Positions 1 through 9,744 of a stretch of 64,000 nucleotides of DNA are shown here, one piece after another. The notes under the pieces are model-generated. The model did no database searches. It was not told the origin of the DNA and was given only the letters and a program-made list of their open reading frames with translations. Position 1 is the stretch's first letter. Each line of letters opens with the position of its first letter. Made by a program: the position numbers and the translations under genes. Source of the stretch: an uncultured Armatimonadetes bacterium (lineage in GTDB: Bacteria; Armatimonadota; UBA5829; DTJY01); the NCBI GenBank assembly GCA_963717145.1, contig OY970325.1, forward strand, positions 2,240,001 through 2,304,000, in the 5' to 3' direction.

Positions 1-700
1 GCATGTTGCCATCGAAGGCATCGAGTTCGACGACAAGCCACTCGAGCACGTTCGGATCGGCCGCCCCGATGATCGCGGGGAATTCGAGCTTGCCCGATCC
101 GACCGCCACGTGCGGGTGAGCCACCTCCAGCATGCCGTCCTTGACGTGCAGGTAGGGCATTCGCGACTTGTACTTCGAGATCACCTCGACCGGGTCGGCC
201 TTACCCCAGGCGGCCCAGTAGACGTCAAGCTCACTGCATACGTCCGGCGCTTCGGCCATCAGGATGTCGTAGACGAGCTGCCCGTCCACCTTGTCGAATT
301 CCCACCAGTGATTGTGGAAGCTGAAGCCCATCCCGTGTGGCTTCAGGAGTTCGGCCGCCTGCTGGAACTTGGCCGCACCGGCTTTGCAGCTATCGACGGT
401 CTTGAACTGATCCGGCCCGAACCCGCTTATGATGTGCTTGTTGCCGAGAATCGACTCGGCGTCGACGATCTGCTGCACGTTCTCCGAGGTCGGCAGACCG
501 GCGTGGTTGCTGCATGCTACCAGGCCCAGATCATCGAGGATGCCCTTGATCTCCGCAGGGCTGTGGCCATGGAGTCCGGCAAACTCAACTCCCTTGTAAC
601 CGATCTCGGCGACGGTCCGAAGAACGCCGGGGAAATCGTCTTTCCCCTCTGGATAGACATCCGGGCGTAGAGTGTACAACTGAATGGCGATGGGCTTCAA
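1..700 (-). CDS. Sugar phosphate isomerase/epimerase (xylose isomerase-like TIM barrel), 3' end outside window
   Basis: Hand translation, absent from ORF track: TTG start at 700 after AAGGAGG; MKPIAIQLYTLR..GYKGVEFAG..FHNHWWEF..ELDVYW..LHVKDG..VVELD motifs. Confidence 0.85.
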   Translation of the reverse strand, partial: MKPIAIQLYTLRPDVYPEGKDDFPGVLRTVAEIGYKGVEFAGLHGHSPAEIKGILDDLGLVACSNHAGLPTSENVQQIVDAESILGNKHIISGFGPDQFKTVDSCKAGAAKFQQAAELLKPHGMGFSFHNHWWEFDKVDGQLVYDILMAEAPDVCSELDVYWAAWGKADPVEVISKYKSRMPYLHVKDGMLEVAHPHVAVGSGKLEFPAIIGAADPNVLEWLVVELDAFDGNM

Positions 701-790
701 ATCTTGTGCCTCCTTATTCCGGGGAGGACATGCTCCCCAGGGACGATTCCGCGCCAGTGGTGCAAAAACCTTCCGCGGGCAAACCGTGTC

Positions 791-966
791 GGGTGCATTC
801 GAGTTGTGTGGGTGGCGACCGTCTCTCGTTATGGTTTCCAGAGAAACCTACTCGAGAATAGACGGTTTTGGGGCTTGGGAAGCTTGGCAAGCCACCCAAC
901 CGTTCTCCTCGAGTAGCCACTCTGGTGGCATAACGAGAGGCTGACCCACTCTGTGGTAATGCACCT
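791..966. mobile_element. ~175-bp MITE-like element, copy 1
   Basis: Ends GGGTGCATT...AATGCACC; near-identical inverted copy at 40558-40732; self-complementary along its length; no matching target duplication here. Confidence 0.75.
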
Positions 967-985
967 CGCTGCCGAGTCGCTCCGT

Positions 986-2340
986 GTTGCCTCATTTAGC
1001 TTTGTTACCGAAACGCCATTCGTTGCGTCATTGATAATGTTACCAAGTAGTGTGTTCAAGTATGTCAGATCGGCTCTTGATCGCCGCTCAGGGCCGCGCC
1101 TTGCTCGCTTTCGATCTGTCTTTATTCGGCATCCTGTCAAGCTTTGATGATAGCCTGTGGATGCGTCTTAGTAGCTCCACCGGGTTCGTCGCTCTACGTT
1201 CTTTATCGAGGCGATCCTTTGCTTCATCGTCAAGCCATCCTTCAACACTTATCAGCTTGCGGTACGGCGTCATCGCAGGCTCATAGCGTTTGATCACTTT
1301 ACTCCCAATCCGCTCCTTTTCTTTAAGACGCATCATGGGCTGACAGAAGTTGTGATACGCCACGATCAGCGGATATATCGCCTTTAGTACCGCAAGCTGC
1401 TCGTCCGTCTCGAATCGCCGGTAACCTATAAACTGCCGGACTACGCTCCAGTTCTTCTGCTCTACATGACATTGATCGTTCTTCTTGTAAGGCCGACTGC
1501 GCGTAAACGTGATCCTGTGCGCTCGACAGTACTTGTTCATGTGATGGTTGATGAACTCGCCGCCGTTGTCGGTATCTATGCCTCTGACTGCAAACGGTGC
1601 GCTCTTGGACGCGGACTGCACCGCAAGCACGGTTCCGTGCTCCCCTCGGCCTTTCATTCCATCAAGCGCTACCCATCCGGTCGCTACATCAGTCATAGTC
1701 AAAGTATACAGGAACTCTCCGCTCCCGTCACCTCCGCAATGACCCACCAAGTCCATCTCGAAGAACCCAGGCTCAGCTTCATCCCAGTCGGCAAACGTCC
1801 TCACCGGGATCTGAGACCGAAGCAGTGTCCCCGGCTTTGTTAAGGTCCTCCCTGTTAGCGATAGGGCAGACCGCTCCTTCTTCATCAACCTGTCGATGCT
1901 CGACGCGCTGATCGAGTTAAGCAGCCTCTCTTCTTCTGGTGTAACCGTTATCTCCCCGAATGACTCCAGTATGGGTAGAAACTCAGTCAGAAACGGCTGC
2001 AGACGCTTACCGCACGCGTAGAAACTCGCAGCCCAGAGTGTCTTCAGCTTGTGGGCTATCGGCTCGTATTTCGACTTCCTTGCGCGTCTCACTGGACTCC
2101 TCGCTGGTGGAACTCCTTTCGCGAACAGCCTCACCAGCGACTTCCTGTGGTAACCGGTCAATCCCTGGACTTCACTCAATACCAGCTTCTTCTCCGATTT
2201 GGTGGCTTTGCCATATTCTTTGCGTTTGCGCCTCACGACTTCTCTTACGGATGCAGTTGTCATCTTCTCCATGCCTCAGTTTCGGTAACATTCTTATCTG
2301 AGGCAACGTTTCCGTTTCGGTAACATCGTTCGTGAAGCAA
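986..2340 (-). mobile_element. Insertion sequence with rve/DDE transposase; exact termini uncertain
   Basis: Two GGTAACA-N9-TGA(G/A/C)GCAA-type repeats at each end in inverted orientation (986-1014, 1021-1044 versus 2280-2307, 2314-2340) flank the transposase. Confidence 0.8.
1088..2272 (-). CDS. DDE transposase, integrase core (rve) domain
   Basis: N-terminal HTH (TGYHRKSLVRL); catalytic FEMDLVGHCG, IDTDNGGEF, NDQCHVEQKN. Confidence 0.9.
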   Translation of the reverse strand: MEKMTTASVREVVRRKRKEYGKATKSEKKLVLSEVQGLTGYHRKSLVRLFAKGVPPARSPVRRARKSKYEPIAHKLKTLWAASFYACGKRLQPFLTEFLPILESFGEITVTPEEERLLNSISASSIDRLMKKERSALSLTGRTLTKPGTLLRSQIPVRTFADWDEAEPGFFEMDLVGHCGGDGSGEFLYTLTMTDVATGWVALDGMKGRGEHGTVLAVQSASKSAPFAVRGIDTDNGGEFINHHMNKYCRAHRITFTRSRPYKKNDQCHVEQKNWSVVRQFIGYRRFETDEQLAVLKAIYPLIVAYHNFCQPMMRLKEKERIGSKVIKRYEPAMTPYRKLISVEGWLDDEAKDRLDKERRATNPVELLRRIHRLSSKLDRMPNKDRSKASKARP

Positions 2341-2434
2341 TTCGCAGGGTATGCACATCATGCTACAATTATGTTATACTCGCGGTTACTCATCGTTTGT
2401 CTGTGGGTACATCCATTGAGATCATACATAGCGC

Positions 2435-3214
2435 TTGAGGATAGGTAGGATAGTGTCGCTCATTACCTGTACATACAAACCATCGCAACACATATCCGTC
2501 GTGCTCCAATACCAGCAACTTGCGGTATCGAAGCGATCATACGTTCCAGCCGGGCACTGCGCGCCGGCCTTATTCAGCAGACAACTCGACTTCATGGCCG
2601 GACGCGGCTGGCAGGCCACAGCGCTTTCAACATTGGTCGAAAGATGCACATGCGGCGACGGAGCAGAACGGAACGAGTTCTGCATCACTTTCGACGACGG
2701 CTTCGAAAGCGTCTATCAGGTTGCATACCCCGCGTTGAAGCAGCGCAACCTGAGCGCCATTGTCTATATACCCACCGATTCGATCGGATGCCGAATAGGC
2801 TGGAACGAGCAACTTGCGCTCCGGCTCGAGCCGATCATGACCCTCGATCAGATCAGGGAGCTGTCGGACAATGGCTTCGAGATAGGCTCGCACACGGTCT
2901 CGCATCCCATGCTCACGAAGCTGTCGGACGCCGACCTCCGGCGGGAACTGGTCGACTCCAAACTGAGGCTGGAGCAGATAACCGGGAAGGAGGTCGCATC
3001 GCTGTCCTATCCGTATGGCGACTACGATCAGCGCGTTCTGGATGCCTGCGTTGAAGCCGGCTACCGGTCCGCCGTCTGTCAGAGGCTCTCCTCAGTCTCT
3101 TCGCCCATCAACCTGTTCGAGATTCCGAGGATCAGCGTGCGCTGGAATACCATTGGGGCAGTGCTTCTTCGGAACATCGGGCATGGGCACACAGACTGCG
3201 AGGATAAGGGCTGA
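2435..3214 (+). CDS. Polysaccharide deacetylase (CE4/NodB)
   Basis: ITFDDG, EIGSHTVSHP and SYPYG motifs; start uncertain. Confidence 0.85.
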   Translation: MRIGRIVSLITCTYKPSQHISVVLQYQQLAVSKRSYVPAGHCAPALFSRQLDFMAGRGWQATALSTLVERCTCGDGAERNEFCITFDDGFESVYQVAYPALKQRNLSAIVYIPTDSIGCRIGWNEQLALRLEPIMTLDQIRELSDNGFEIGSHTVSHPMLTKLSDADLRRELVDSKLRLEQITGKEVASLSYPYGDYDQRVLDACVEAGYRSAVCQRLSSVSSPINLFEIPRISVRWNTIGAVLLRNIGHGHTDCEDKG

Positions 3215-3217
3215 TCC

Positions 3218-5086
3218 CTATGTGTTGGAGGTCTCGCGCCTGAGGCGTTCCAGGACCACCATCAGTATCGAGATGTCCGCGGGTGTCAGGCCGGGGATGC
3301 GGGATGCCTGGCCGACCGATGTCGGCTGCACCCGTCGCAGCTTCTCGAGGCCTTCCCGGGAGATCGCCTTGATCGCACAGTAGTCGATGTCAGCCGGAAT
3401 CGCCAGGTGATCGAGCCTTGCCTGCTGTTCGACCTGTATCTGTTGGCGGTGGATGTACCCCTCGTACTTGACATGCAGCTCGACCTGCTCCCTCATGGCC
3501 GCTGACAGCTCGGACCCGAAACCGTTCAGACGCAGCACATCGGCATATGACACCTCGGGCCGTCGGAGAAGCTCCTCCAGCGACGATCTCCGCGCCAAGT
3601 CGGGCAGTCCAAGCAGCGAGACTGATTCCACATCCTCGGGCCTGATATGCGTCGTCCGTAGTCGCTCCAACTCCAGACGAACCGCCTCCGACTTCTCCTC
3701 GAACGCTTCCCACCGCGTGTCGGGCACCAGGCCGATCTCCCGACCAATCGCCGTCAACCGCGCGTCGGCGTTATCCTGTCGAAGCAGGAGCCGATGCTCG
3801 GCGCGCGAGGTCAGCAGACGGTAGGGGTCGTCCGTTCCCTTGGTCACGAGGTCATCGATCATCACACCGATGTACGCCTGAGAGCGCTCCAGGACGAGTG
3901 ACTCCCTGCCCCGTATCTGAAGCGCGGCGTTGATCCCTGCGATAAGCCCCTGCGCGGCGGCCTCCTCGTAGCCGGACGTGCCGTTGATCTGGCCGGCGAG
4001 ATACAGCCCGTGGACGAGCTTCGTCTCGAGGCTCGGCTTGAGTTGCGGCGGCGGTACATAATCGTACTCGATCGCATATCCCGGGCGGATCATCGCCACC
4101 TCTTCGAGGCCGGGGATCGTCCGCAGGAACTCGAGCTGCACCTCCTCCGGCAGGCTGGTGGACATCCCCTGGACGTAGATCTCGTCCGTGTCCCAGCCCT
4201 CCTGCTCGAGGAAGACCTGGTGCCGCTGCTTGTCGGGAAACTTGACGATCTTGTCCTCGATCGACGGGCAGTAGCGCGGCCCGACGCCGTCGATCCGCCC
4301 GCCATACATCGCAGAGCGATCCAGGTTGCGCATGATGACCTCGCGCGTGCGGTCGTTCGTGTAGGTCAGCCAGCACGGGAGCAGCCCTTCCCGCTTCACG
4401 GGCGGGGTCATGTAGGAGAACGCGAGCGGCGCTTCGTCGGACGGCTGCTCCTCGGTCCGGGAGAGGTCGATGGTCGTCTTGTCCACGCGTGGGGTTGTGC
4501 CGGTCTTCAGTCGGCCAAGCTCGAATCCGAGTTCGCGCAAGCTTTCGGAGAGGCTCACCGAGGGGAACTCCCCTGCCCGACCGGCCGGGTAGCTGATCTC
4601 GCCGATGTGGATCAGGCCATTGAGAAACGTGCCGGTCGTGACGATGACGCTCTTCGCCCCATACTCCATCCCGGTCTGCGTGACGACGCCGATCGCGCGG
4701 CCCTTTTCGGTGAGGATGCGCTCGACCATCGCCTGCTTGAGGTCGAGGCCGGGCTGGGATTCGAGGGCCCGGCGCATGACGGCCTGGTAGAGCTTCTTGT
4801 CCGCCTGTGCGCGGATCGCCTGGACCGCGGGGCCTTTTCCGGTGTTGAGCATCCGGACGTGCGTGTAGGTCGCGTCGGTGTTGAGCGCCATCTCGCCGCC
4901 GAGGGCGTCTATCTCGCGCACTAGGTGGCCTTTCGCCGGGCCGCCGATGCTGCAGTTGCAGGGCATCAGCGCGACGTTATCGAGGTTGAGCGTCAACAGA
5001 AGCGCGCTGCACCCGATGCGAGCCGCCGCCAGCGCAGCCTCGCAGCCCGCATGGCCCGCGCCTATGACGATGATATCGTAATCCAT
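3218..5086 (-). CDS. mnmG: tRNA uridine-5-carboxymethylaminomethyl modification enzyme MnmG/GidA
   Basis: [46 protein letters not shown]; start moved to ATG 5086 because the ORF-track extension runs through a palindrome. Confidence 0.97.
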   Translation of the reverse strand: MDYDIIVIGAGHAGCEAALAAARIGCSALLLTLNLDNVALMPCNCSIGGPAKGHLVREIDALGGEMALNTDATYTHVRMLNTGKGPAVQAIRAQADKKLYQAVMRRALESQPGLDLKQAMVERILTEKGRAIGVVTQTGMEYGAKSVIVTTGTFLNGLIHIGEISYPAGRAGEFPSVSLSESLRELGFELGRLKTGTTPRVDKTTIDLSRTEEQPSDEAPLAFSYMTPPVKREGLLPCWLTYTNDRTREVIMRNLDRSAMYGGRIDGVGPRYCPSIEDKIVKFPDKQRHQVFLEQEGWDTDEIYVQGMSTSLPEEVQLEFLRTIPGLEEVAMIRPGYAIEYDYVPPPQLKPSLETKLVHGLYLAGQINGTSGYEEAAAQGLIAGINAALQIRGRESLVLERSQAYIGVMIDDLVTKGTDDPYRLLTSRAEHRLLLRQDNADARLTAIGREIGLVPDTRWEAFEEKSEAVRLELERLRTTHIRPEDVESVSLLGLPDLARRSSLEELLRRPEVSYADVLRLNGFGSELSAAMREQVELHVKYEGYIHRQQIQVEQQARLDHLAIPADIDYCAIKAISREGLEKLRRVQPTSVGQASRIPGLTPADISILMVVLERLRRETSNT

Positions 5087-5092
5087 CGCGAC

Positions 5093-5101
5093 ATTATACC
5101 A
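5093..5101 (-). promoter_or_regulatory. Extended -10 promoter of mnmG, probably leaderless
   Basis: TGGTATAAT ends 6 nt before the ATG; no Shine-Dalgarno. Confidence 0.65.
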
Positions 5102-5109
5102 TATGGGTA

Positions 5110-5188
5110 CTTTGGAGTGCGGTGGCTCGACACCGCTTTGAGAGTCCCGTGGCATCCCAAAGCGGTGTCGAGCCACCGCACTCCAAAG
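5110..5188. repeat. REP-like inverted repeat (GGAGTGCGG family)
   Basis: Perfect arms CTTTGGAGTGCGGTGGCTCGACACCGCTTTG and its complement. Confidence 0.9.
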
Positions 5189-5295
5189 GAAACTGGTACT
5201 TTGCACAACTTAGCCCAAGGGGGGCAGAGCACCATAATGTTAACAGCCAGTGGAACCACGGGCCGGCCAGGATACAGAGGGAACAAGGAGCAAGG

Positions 5296-5796
5296 ATGAG
5301 CTATCTCAGGGATGCCATGAAACGACCGACGAACATCATACCCGACGACATCAGCACGAAGCCCAGCGATGGCTTCGGCTGCAATCGTGCATCCCACGAC
5401 GCCTACGAAAAGGCCATGCCGAACCCTCAGGACTCGTACATTCACCTCAGCCGAAGCATGATGGTGAGGCTGAATCTCCGGAGAGCGAACGGCGAGGTCA
5501 CACCTGTGCTCTGCGTCTCGCATGACCTCAGCCACACGGGCCTCAAGATGCGCTTGCCGTGCCGATTGAACTTGACGCCGGGCGTGCTGCTCGAGATGGA
5601 GTTGTTCACACTGTTCAGTAAGACCCCGGTCGCGGTCAAGGCCTTCGTGCAGAAAGTAGTGCGCAACGCGGGAAGTGACGTCGTGCGCTTCGTGGTCGAG
5701 GTGAGGTTCAAAGGCCTCAGCCCGGCGGCGGAGCACGAGATCAACGCATTCATCCACCTCGCTCAACTCGACGAGCGGCGGATCCTCCTCTCCTAG
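5296..5796 (+). CDS. PilZ-like domain protein, degenerate
   Basis: AAGGAG then ATG 5296; HDLSHTG (DxSxxG) and VEVRF..L..EI.AFI C-terminus; no RxxxR. Confidence 0.65.
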   Translation: MSYLRDAMKRPTNIIPDDISTKPSDGFGCNRASHDAYEKAMPNPQDSYIHLSRSMMVRLNLRRANGEVTPVLCVSHDLSHTGLKMRLPCRLNLTPGVLLEMELFTLFSKTPVAVKAFVQKVVRNAGSDVVRFVVEVRFKGLSPAAEHEINAFIHLAQLDERRILLS

Positions 5797-5837
5797 GTCT
5801 TCTCCAGAAGGTTATATCCCCTGCCAGGCCGAAATCC

Positions 5838-5930
5838 TTGGAGTGGTGTGGCTCATGTAGTGGCCGTGCCTCAGTGCCGGCCAGCGGCCGGCACTGAGGC
5901 ACGGCCACTACATGAGCCACACCACTCCAA
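5838..5930. repeat. Long perfect inverted repeat, composite of two REP families
   Basis: ~45-bp arms; outer TTGGAGTG..TGGCTC, inner GTAGTGGCCGTGCCTCAGTGCCGGCC. Confidence 0.9.
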
Positions 5931-5942
5931 AGGGGGATCAAC

Positions 5943-7010
5943 ATGAAGGCGATCGTGCTGCGCGAGAAGGAACACCTGGTGGTCGAGGATGTCCCCATGC
6001 CACCGCTCGGGCCTGACGAGGTCATGCTCCGGGTCACCGACTGCGGAGTCTGTGGGAGCGACATCCGCTACTTCCACGGCGAGAACCCCTGGGCTCAACA
6101 CACACTCGGCGAGATGCGCACGAACCCGCCGAATATCATCCCCGGGCACGAGGTCGCCGGCATCGTCGATGAGGTCGGCGATCGGGCCGACAGGTCGCTC
6201 CTGGGCAAGCGGGTGGCGGTTCTGAGCTTCAGGGTGGACGGAACCTGCTGGTGGTGCAGGCACGGCGAGGAAGAACTCTGCCCGAACACCCAGCATATGG
6301 GCCACGGCGCAGGCTGGGGTCACATGAACTACTACTACGGTGGGATGGCGGAATACGTGCCGGTCTGGGCGAGCCACGTCTTTCCCCTGCCCGATCACGT
6401 ATCGACGACCGATGCCACATTCCTCGACCCGCTCGGAGTCGCAGTCCATGCGGTCGAGATGTCGCGGCTGATCCCGACTGAGAGCGCGCTGGTGATCGGC
6501 ACGGGCGTCCTCGGCCTGATGGCGATCCAGACGTTGAAGGCCTATGGCTCGACGAACATCATCTGCGCCGACCTGGACGATGCGCATCTCGGCAAGGGCG
6601 CGGCTCTCGGCGCGGATCGGACGGTCAATGTGAAGACGCAGGATCTCGCGGCGGTGGTTCGTGAGGCGACTCAGGGCATCGGCGCGCGGGTGATCATCGA
6701 CACGGTCGGAAGGCCGCTGGAGGAGATGCTTCCCATTCTCTCACGCGGCGGGCGGATGATCAACCTGGCGGTCCACGACAACAGAGAGAATTTCGGCCAG
6801 ATCTGGCTCGCGGGCCAGCGGACGGTCATGACCTCGGCGAACTTCAAGTACTCCGAGTACCCGATCGCGATGGACCTGCTCTACTCGGGCCGCATCCAGG
6901 TCGAGCCGCTGATCACGCACCGTTTCCCGATCGAGCAGGGAGTGGAAGCATTCCGGGTCGCCGATCACAAGGAAGAAACCGGGGCGATCAAGGTGATCAT
7001 CAATCCGTAG
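5943..7010 (+). CDS. Zn-dependent alcohol/sugar dehydrogenase (MDR family)
   Basis: CGVCGSD, PGHEVAG, CxxCxxGxxxLC and GTGVLG Rossmann motif. Confidence 0.92.
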   Translation: MKAIVLREKEHLVVEDVPMPPLGPDEVMLRVTDCGVCGSDIRYFHGENPWAQHTLGEMRTNPPNIIPGHEVAGIVDEVGDRADRSLLGKRVAVLSFRVDGTCWWCRHGEEELCPNTQHMGHGAGWGHMNYYYGGMAEYVPVWASHVFPLPDHVSTTDATFLDPLGVAVHAVEMSRLIPTESALVIGTGVLGLMAIQTLKAYGSTNIICADLDDAHLGKGAALGADRTVNVKTQDLAAVVREATQGIGARVIIDTVGRPLEEMLPILSRGGRMINLAVHDNRENFGQIWLAGQRTVMTSANFKYSEYPIAMDLLYSGRIQVEPLITHRFPIEQGVEAFRVADHKEETGAIKVIINP

Positions 7011-7199
7011 GAGACCGTTCGGATGGTTCACAGGATACTGGCGTTCTTCAGGCGAGTCCTTGGTCCATTGACAACAGACCCGGAGCAGGCGCGCGCCTCG
7101 TTCTTGCCGTGTTCGTGCGTCATGTGGATACTCATAATGCTCGTTGCGGTACTCCTGTTCCCGGTGTTCGATTGGGTCCACAGGCTTCGGTGAGGCCCA

Positions 7200-8027
7200 C
7201 TACGCTGGAGCGTACATCGGGCCGGAGAGGCCGAGGACTTCGATCTCGGTGACATCGCCGGATTCGATGAGTTCCTGCACGACTCCGGCGACCTCTTTGC
7301 GGTTCCAGCGGAACACCCAGGCGATGTCGCCGACCGACGACGCGACCGACATGCGCAGGTACCGGAGGATCAACTGCTTCTTCGCCTCTCTGGGATCGAG
7401 TGACCGAGCGCGCTCCAGGTGCTCCTCCGCGACCCAATCCCCGACGAGCGCCCAGTTGTGGATCGTCCAGCCCTCGAGCGATCCTCCCGCGGCCGTGATC
7501 CTAAAGCTCTCCTGGAGGTGCTGAAGTGCACGGTCGAGCGACCGCGTGACATCCTTGCCGATGGGGCCAAACTTCCGACGCAGATCGGGGCTCGGGATCT
7601 CCGGATGGGCCGCAATGAGATCGAGAGCGCGTCTCTCATCGCGCGACAGAATACCGTCCCGGTAGTCGTCCTGGTAGTCGCTAACCGAGGCGTAAACGGC
7701 ATACAGAAGCGGGAAGCACTCCCACGAGATGAACGTCCCGCGTCCCCGGAGCACCTTACCGTAGTAGCAGGCCCTCCTCGCCGGAAGCGTCTGCTTCAAA
7801 TCCCACCATGACCTTGCGACGGTGCTTCCCTTGGCATATGGATTGGGGTCGAAGGATTCAGGCGTCGCACGTTGAAGGCTGGGGAGATCGGCGTCCGAGA
7901 GGTCGATCAGCCAGAGGAAGCCGAGGTCGTTGATGAAGTCGAGCGCGTCGGCCTCCGAGCGGACGTGCGTGCCCGCCGTCTGACGGTAGCGGATCTTTCG
8001 ACTCTCGATCAGTTCATCAAGTGTCAT
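7200..8027 (-). CDS. AlkZ/YcaQ-related winged-helix DNA-binding protein
   Basis: WWDLKQTLP..YYGKV.RGRGTFIS and terminal winged-helix pattern; family recognised from memory. Confidence 0.6.
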   Translation of the reverse strand: MTLDELIESRKIRYRQTAGTHVRSEADALDFINDLGFLWLIDLSDADLPSLQRATPESFDPNPYAKGSTVARSWWDLKQTLPARRACYYGKVLRGRGTFISWECFPLLYAVYASVSDYQDDYRDGILSRDERRALDLIAAHPEIPSPDLRRKFGPIGKDVTRSLDRALQHLQESFRITAAGGSLEGWTIHNWALVGDWVAEEHLERARSLDPREAKKQLILRYLRMSVASSVGDIAWVFRWNRKEVAGVVQELIESGDVTEIEVLGLSGPMYAPA

Positions 8028-8032
8028 GCCCT

Positions 8033-8061
8033 ATCGTAGCATCAGGGGCATGCATCGTCAA
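8033..8061 (-). promoter_or_regulatory. Sigma70 promoter, probably leaderless gene 8027
   Basis: TTGACG-17-TACGAT (TG extended), 5 nt before ATG 8027. Confidence 0.65.
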
Positions 8062-8099
8062 CTCGGGCCTTGGGTATGAGAGAAGCGAGGTGATGCGAA

Positions 8100-8567
8100 A
8101 TGGCAATCGCGACAGCGCCGAGACTCGAGATACGAACGATGATCCCGCCGTTCGAGCTGCCCTCAGCGGATGGGAGATCGGTGAACGTATGGCAGTTCAA
8201 GCAGCGGCAGAACCTGGTCCTGGTGTTCCTCCCAAGCCTGAATTGCCCGGGATGCGCCGAGTTCATCGAAAGCACAAGTGAGAACGCTCACGAGTATGAT
8301 GAGGAGGGCACGGTCGTTCTCCTCATCGTCAGAAGCGACATCGAAGCAGCGGTTCTACATTCACCACTTGAGGTCCTGTACGATCGGGACGGGCGCGTTA
8401 CCGAGCAGTATACGTCTGTCTTGCCGGCCGTGTTTGTTGCAGACAGGTTCGGCGAGTTGCAGGCGGAATGGCAGGGTCGGTTCCCCTCGCAGAAGGATAT
8501 TCTGGATGCCGTGGAGCTGATCAACCTCGAGTGCCCCGAATGAGGCGGCCCAGTCGAGTGGGCGTGA
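8100..8567 (+). CDS. AhpC/TSA peroxiredoxin-like redoxin, probable selenoprotein (C-terminal CPEU)
   Basis: PPFELPSADG, CPGC, PAVFVADRFG; CPE-TGA(8541)-GGPVEWA-TGA(8565) with downstream hairpin. Confidence 0.8.
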
Positions 8568-8574
8568 CCCACTT
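8544..8574 (+). promoter_or_regulatory. Putative bacterial SECIS hairpin
   Basis: AGTGGG-CGTGA-CCCACT stem-loop begins 13 nt after the in-frame TGA; GU in the apical loop. Confidence 0.6.
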
Positions 8575-8579
8575 TCCAC

Positions 8580-9218
8580 CTACCGCGCATCCAGTGAGAC
8601 CAGGAACTGCTTCACCGGGCCGTAGACGAAGTGGTATGCGGCGTCCATCTTTCCCTCGACATCGCAGAGGTCAGTGAACGGTTCGGGATGCTGCACATCG
8701 AGTTCGATGTAGAGCTGGGACGGATCGTTGAAGAACGGCTCGATCTTCAGTTCATGTATGCCCGCCTGATGGAGCACGATCCTCAGACCGGTACCCCTGC
8801 GTCCCGCGCCCAGGAGGTCCCACTGAGCGGCAGAGACCGCGAGCATCTTGCCCTCGATGAACTGAGCAGCCTCGCCCGGACCGTCGAAGGGCAGGAACGC
8901 GGTGAGCTTCACGCCGAAGGTGAGGAATTGCTGGAGGCCGAGCCACTCCCGGGCGATCTTGAAGATCTCCATCACCTTTTCCTTGCTCGCCTGAAAGTGC
9001 ATGACGTTCTCGTTGACCTGGATGCGGTTCTGCTGCACGAAGCAGTCGCTGTCCTGGTTCGCCATGCGGATTCCGTCGGGAAGGTGCTGAAGGTTCTGGT
9101 ACGGGAATCGCTCGGTTATGTCGGCGTACAGACGGTTGAGGTTGACGTTCTGCAGCGCAATCGGCGGAAATATCAGCCCGGCGGTCAATCGCCGGCAGCC
9201 TATCAGCTCAGGGTTCAT
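8580..9218 (-). CDS. Hypothetical protein (212 aa)
   Basis: AGGAG then ATG 9218 (MNPELIG); host-like codon usage; upstream TGGTACAAT. Confidence 0.75.
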   Translation of the reverse strand: MNPELIGCRRLTAGLIFPPIALQNVNLNRLYADITERFPYQNLQHLPDGIRMANQDSDCFVQQNRIQVNENVMHFQASKEKVMEIFKIAREWLGLQQFLTFGVKLTAFLPFDGPGEAAQFIEGKMLAVSAAQWDLLGAGRRGTGLRIVLHQAGIHELKIEPFFNDPSQLYIELDVQHPEPFTDLCDVEGKMDAAYHFVYGPVKQFLVSLDAR

Positions 9219-9396
9219 CTGGCAGCTCCTATCAAGCAAGGCAGGCAACCGTTTGGTGGTGACTTCATTGTGCCAATTGTACCACCGACGGCCTCGATGG
9301 TCAAGGCGGCGAAAAAAGGCGCCTTGACCAGGTGAATTTCCTCCGATAGTGGGTAAGATCGAATACACTCAAAGTACTCGAAAGGGGTGAGCGGCG

Positions 9397-9672
9397 ATGA
9401 CAAAGCCGGAATTGATAGATGCCGTGGCGAGGGCCACCGGCATGAGAAAGTCGGACACGGGCAATGCCATTGATGCGATCTTCCTCGCAATCATGGAGGC
9501 GCTCGGCAGCGGAGAGCCGGTTGCGATCTCAGGCTTCGGCACCTTCGACGTCAAGACGCGCGCAGCCAGGATGGGGAGGAACCCCAGGACAGGCGAGCAG
9601 ATAAGTATCCCGCAGAGCACTGCATGTGTGTTCAGGCCGGGTAAGCGGCTGAAGGATGCGGTTGGCCGTTAG
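9397..9672 (+). CDS. hup: DNA-binding protein HU
   Basis: MTKPELIDAVA, GFGTF, ARMGRNPRTGE, FRPGKRLKDAV. Confidence 0.95.
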   Translation: MTKPELIDAVARATGMRKSDTGNAIDAIFLAIMEALGSGEPVAISGFGTFDVKTRAARMGRNPRTGEQISIPQSTACVFRPGKRLKDAVGR

Positions 9673-9744
9673 CTGCTCAGCGAAAAACAGGCTGACCACC
9701 TGAGACAAATGCCGAAGGGAGGCACGGGCCTCCCTTAATCTCGG

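Noticed and set aside
110-670. Plus-strand 186-aa ORF and other long antisense ORFs (e.g. 4010-4924, 38468-40114, 44383-45777)
   Set aside because: Shadows of real opposite-strand genes in high-GC DNA
815-945. Hairpin ribozyme (CCAGAGAAAC resembles loop B; CGTC resembles the cleavage site)
   Set aside because: The opposite loop B strand and the loop A AGAA strand are missing, and the topology does not fit
791-966. 6S RNA or SRP RNA call for the ~175-nt rod
   Set aside because: Size fits 6S, but there is no open central bubble and no SRP helix-8 motif; copy 2 has a terminal IR and a 9-bp target duplication, which favours a MITE
5087-5295. ORF-track N-terminal extensions of mnmG and the PilZ gene (likewise uvrB, 43961-44524, 51602-53512)
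   Set aside because: They translate REP palindromes; better starts with an RBS or promoter lie downstream
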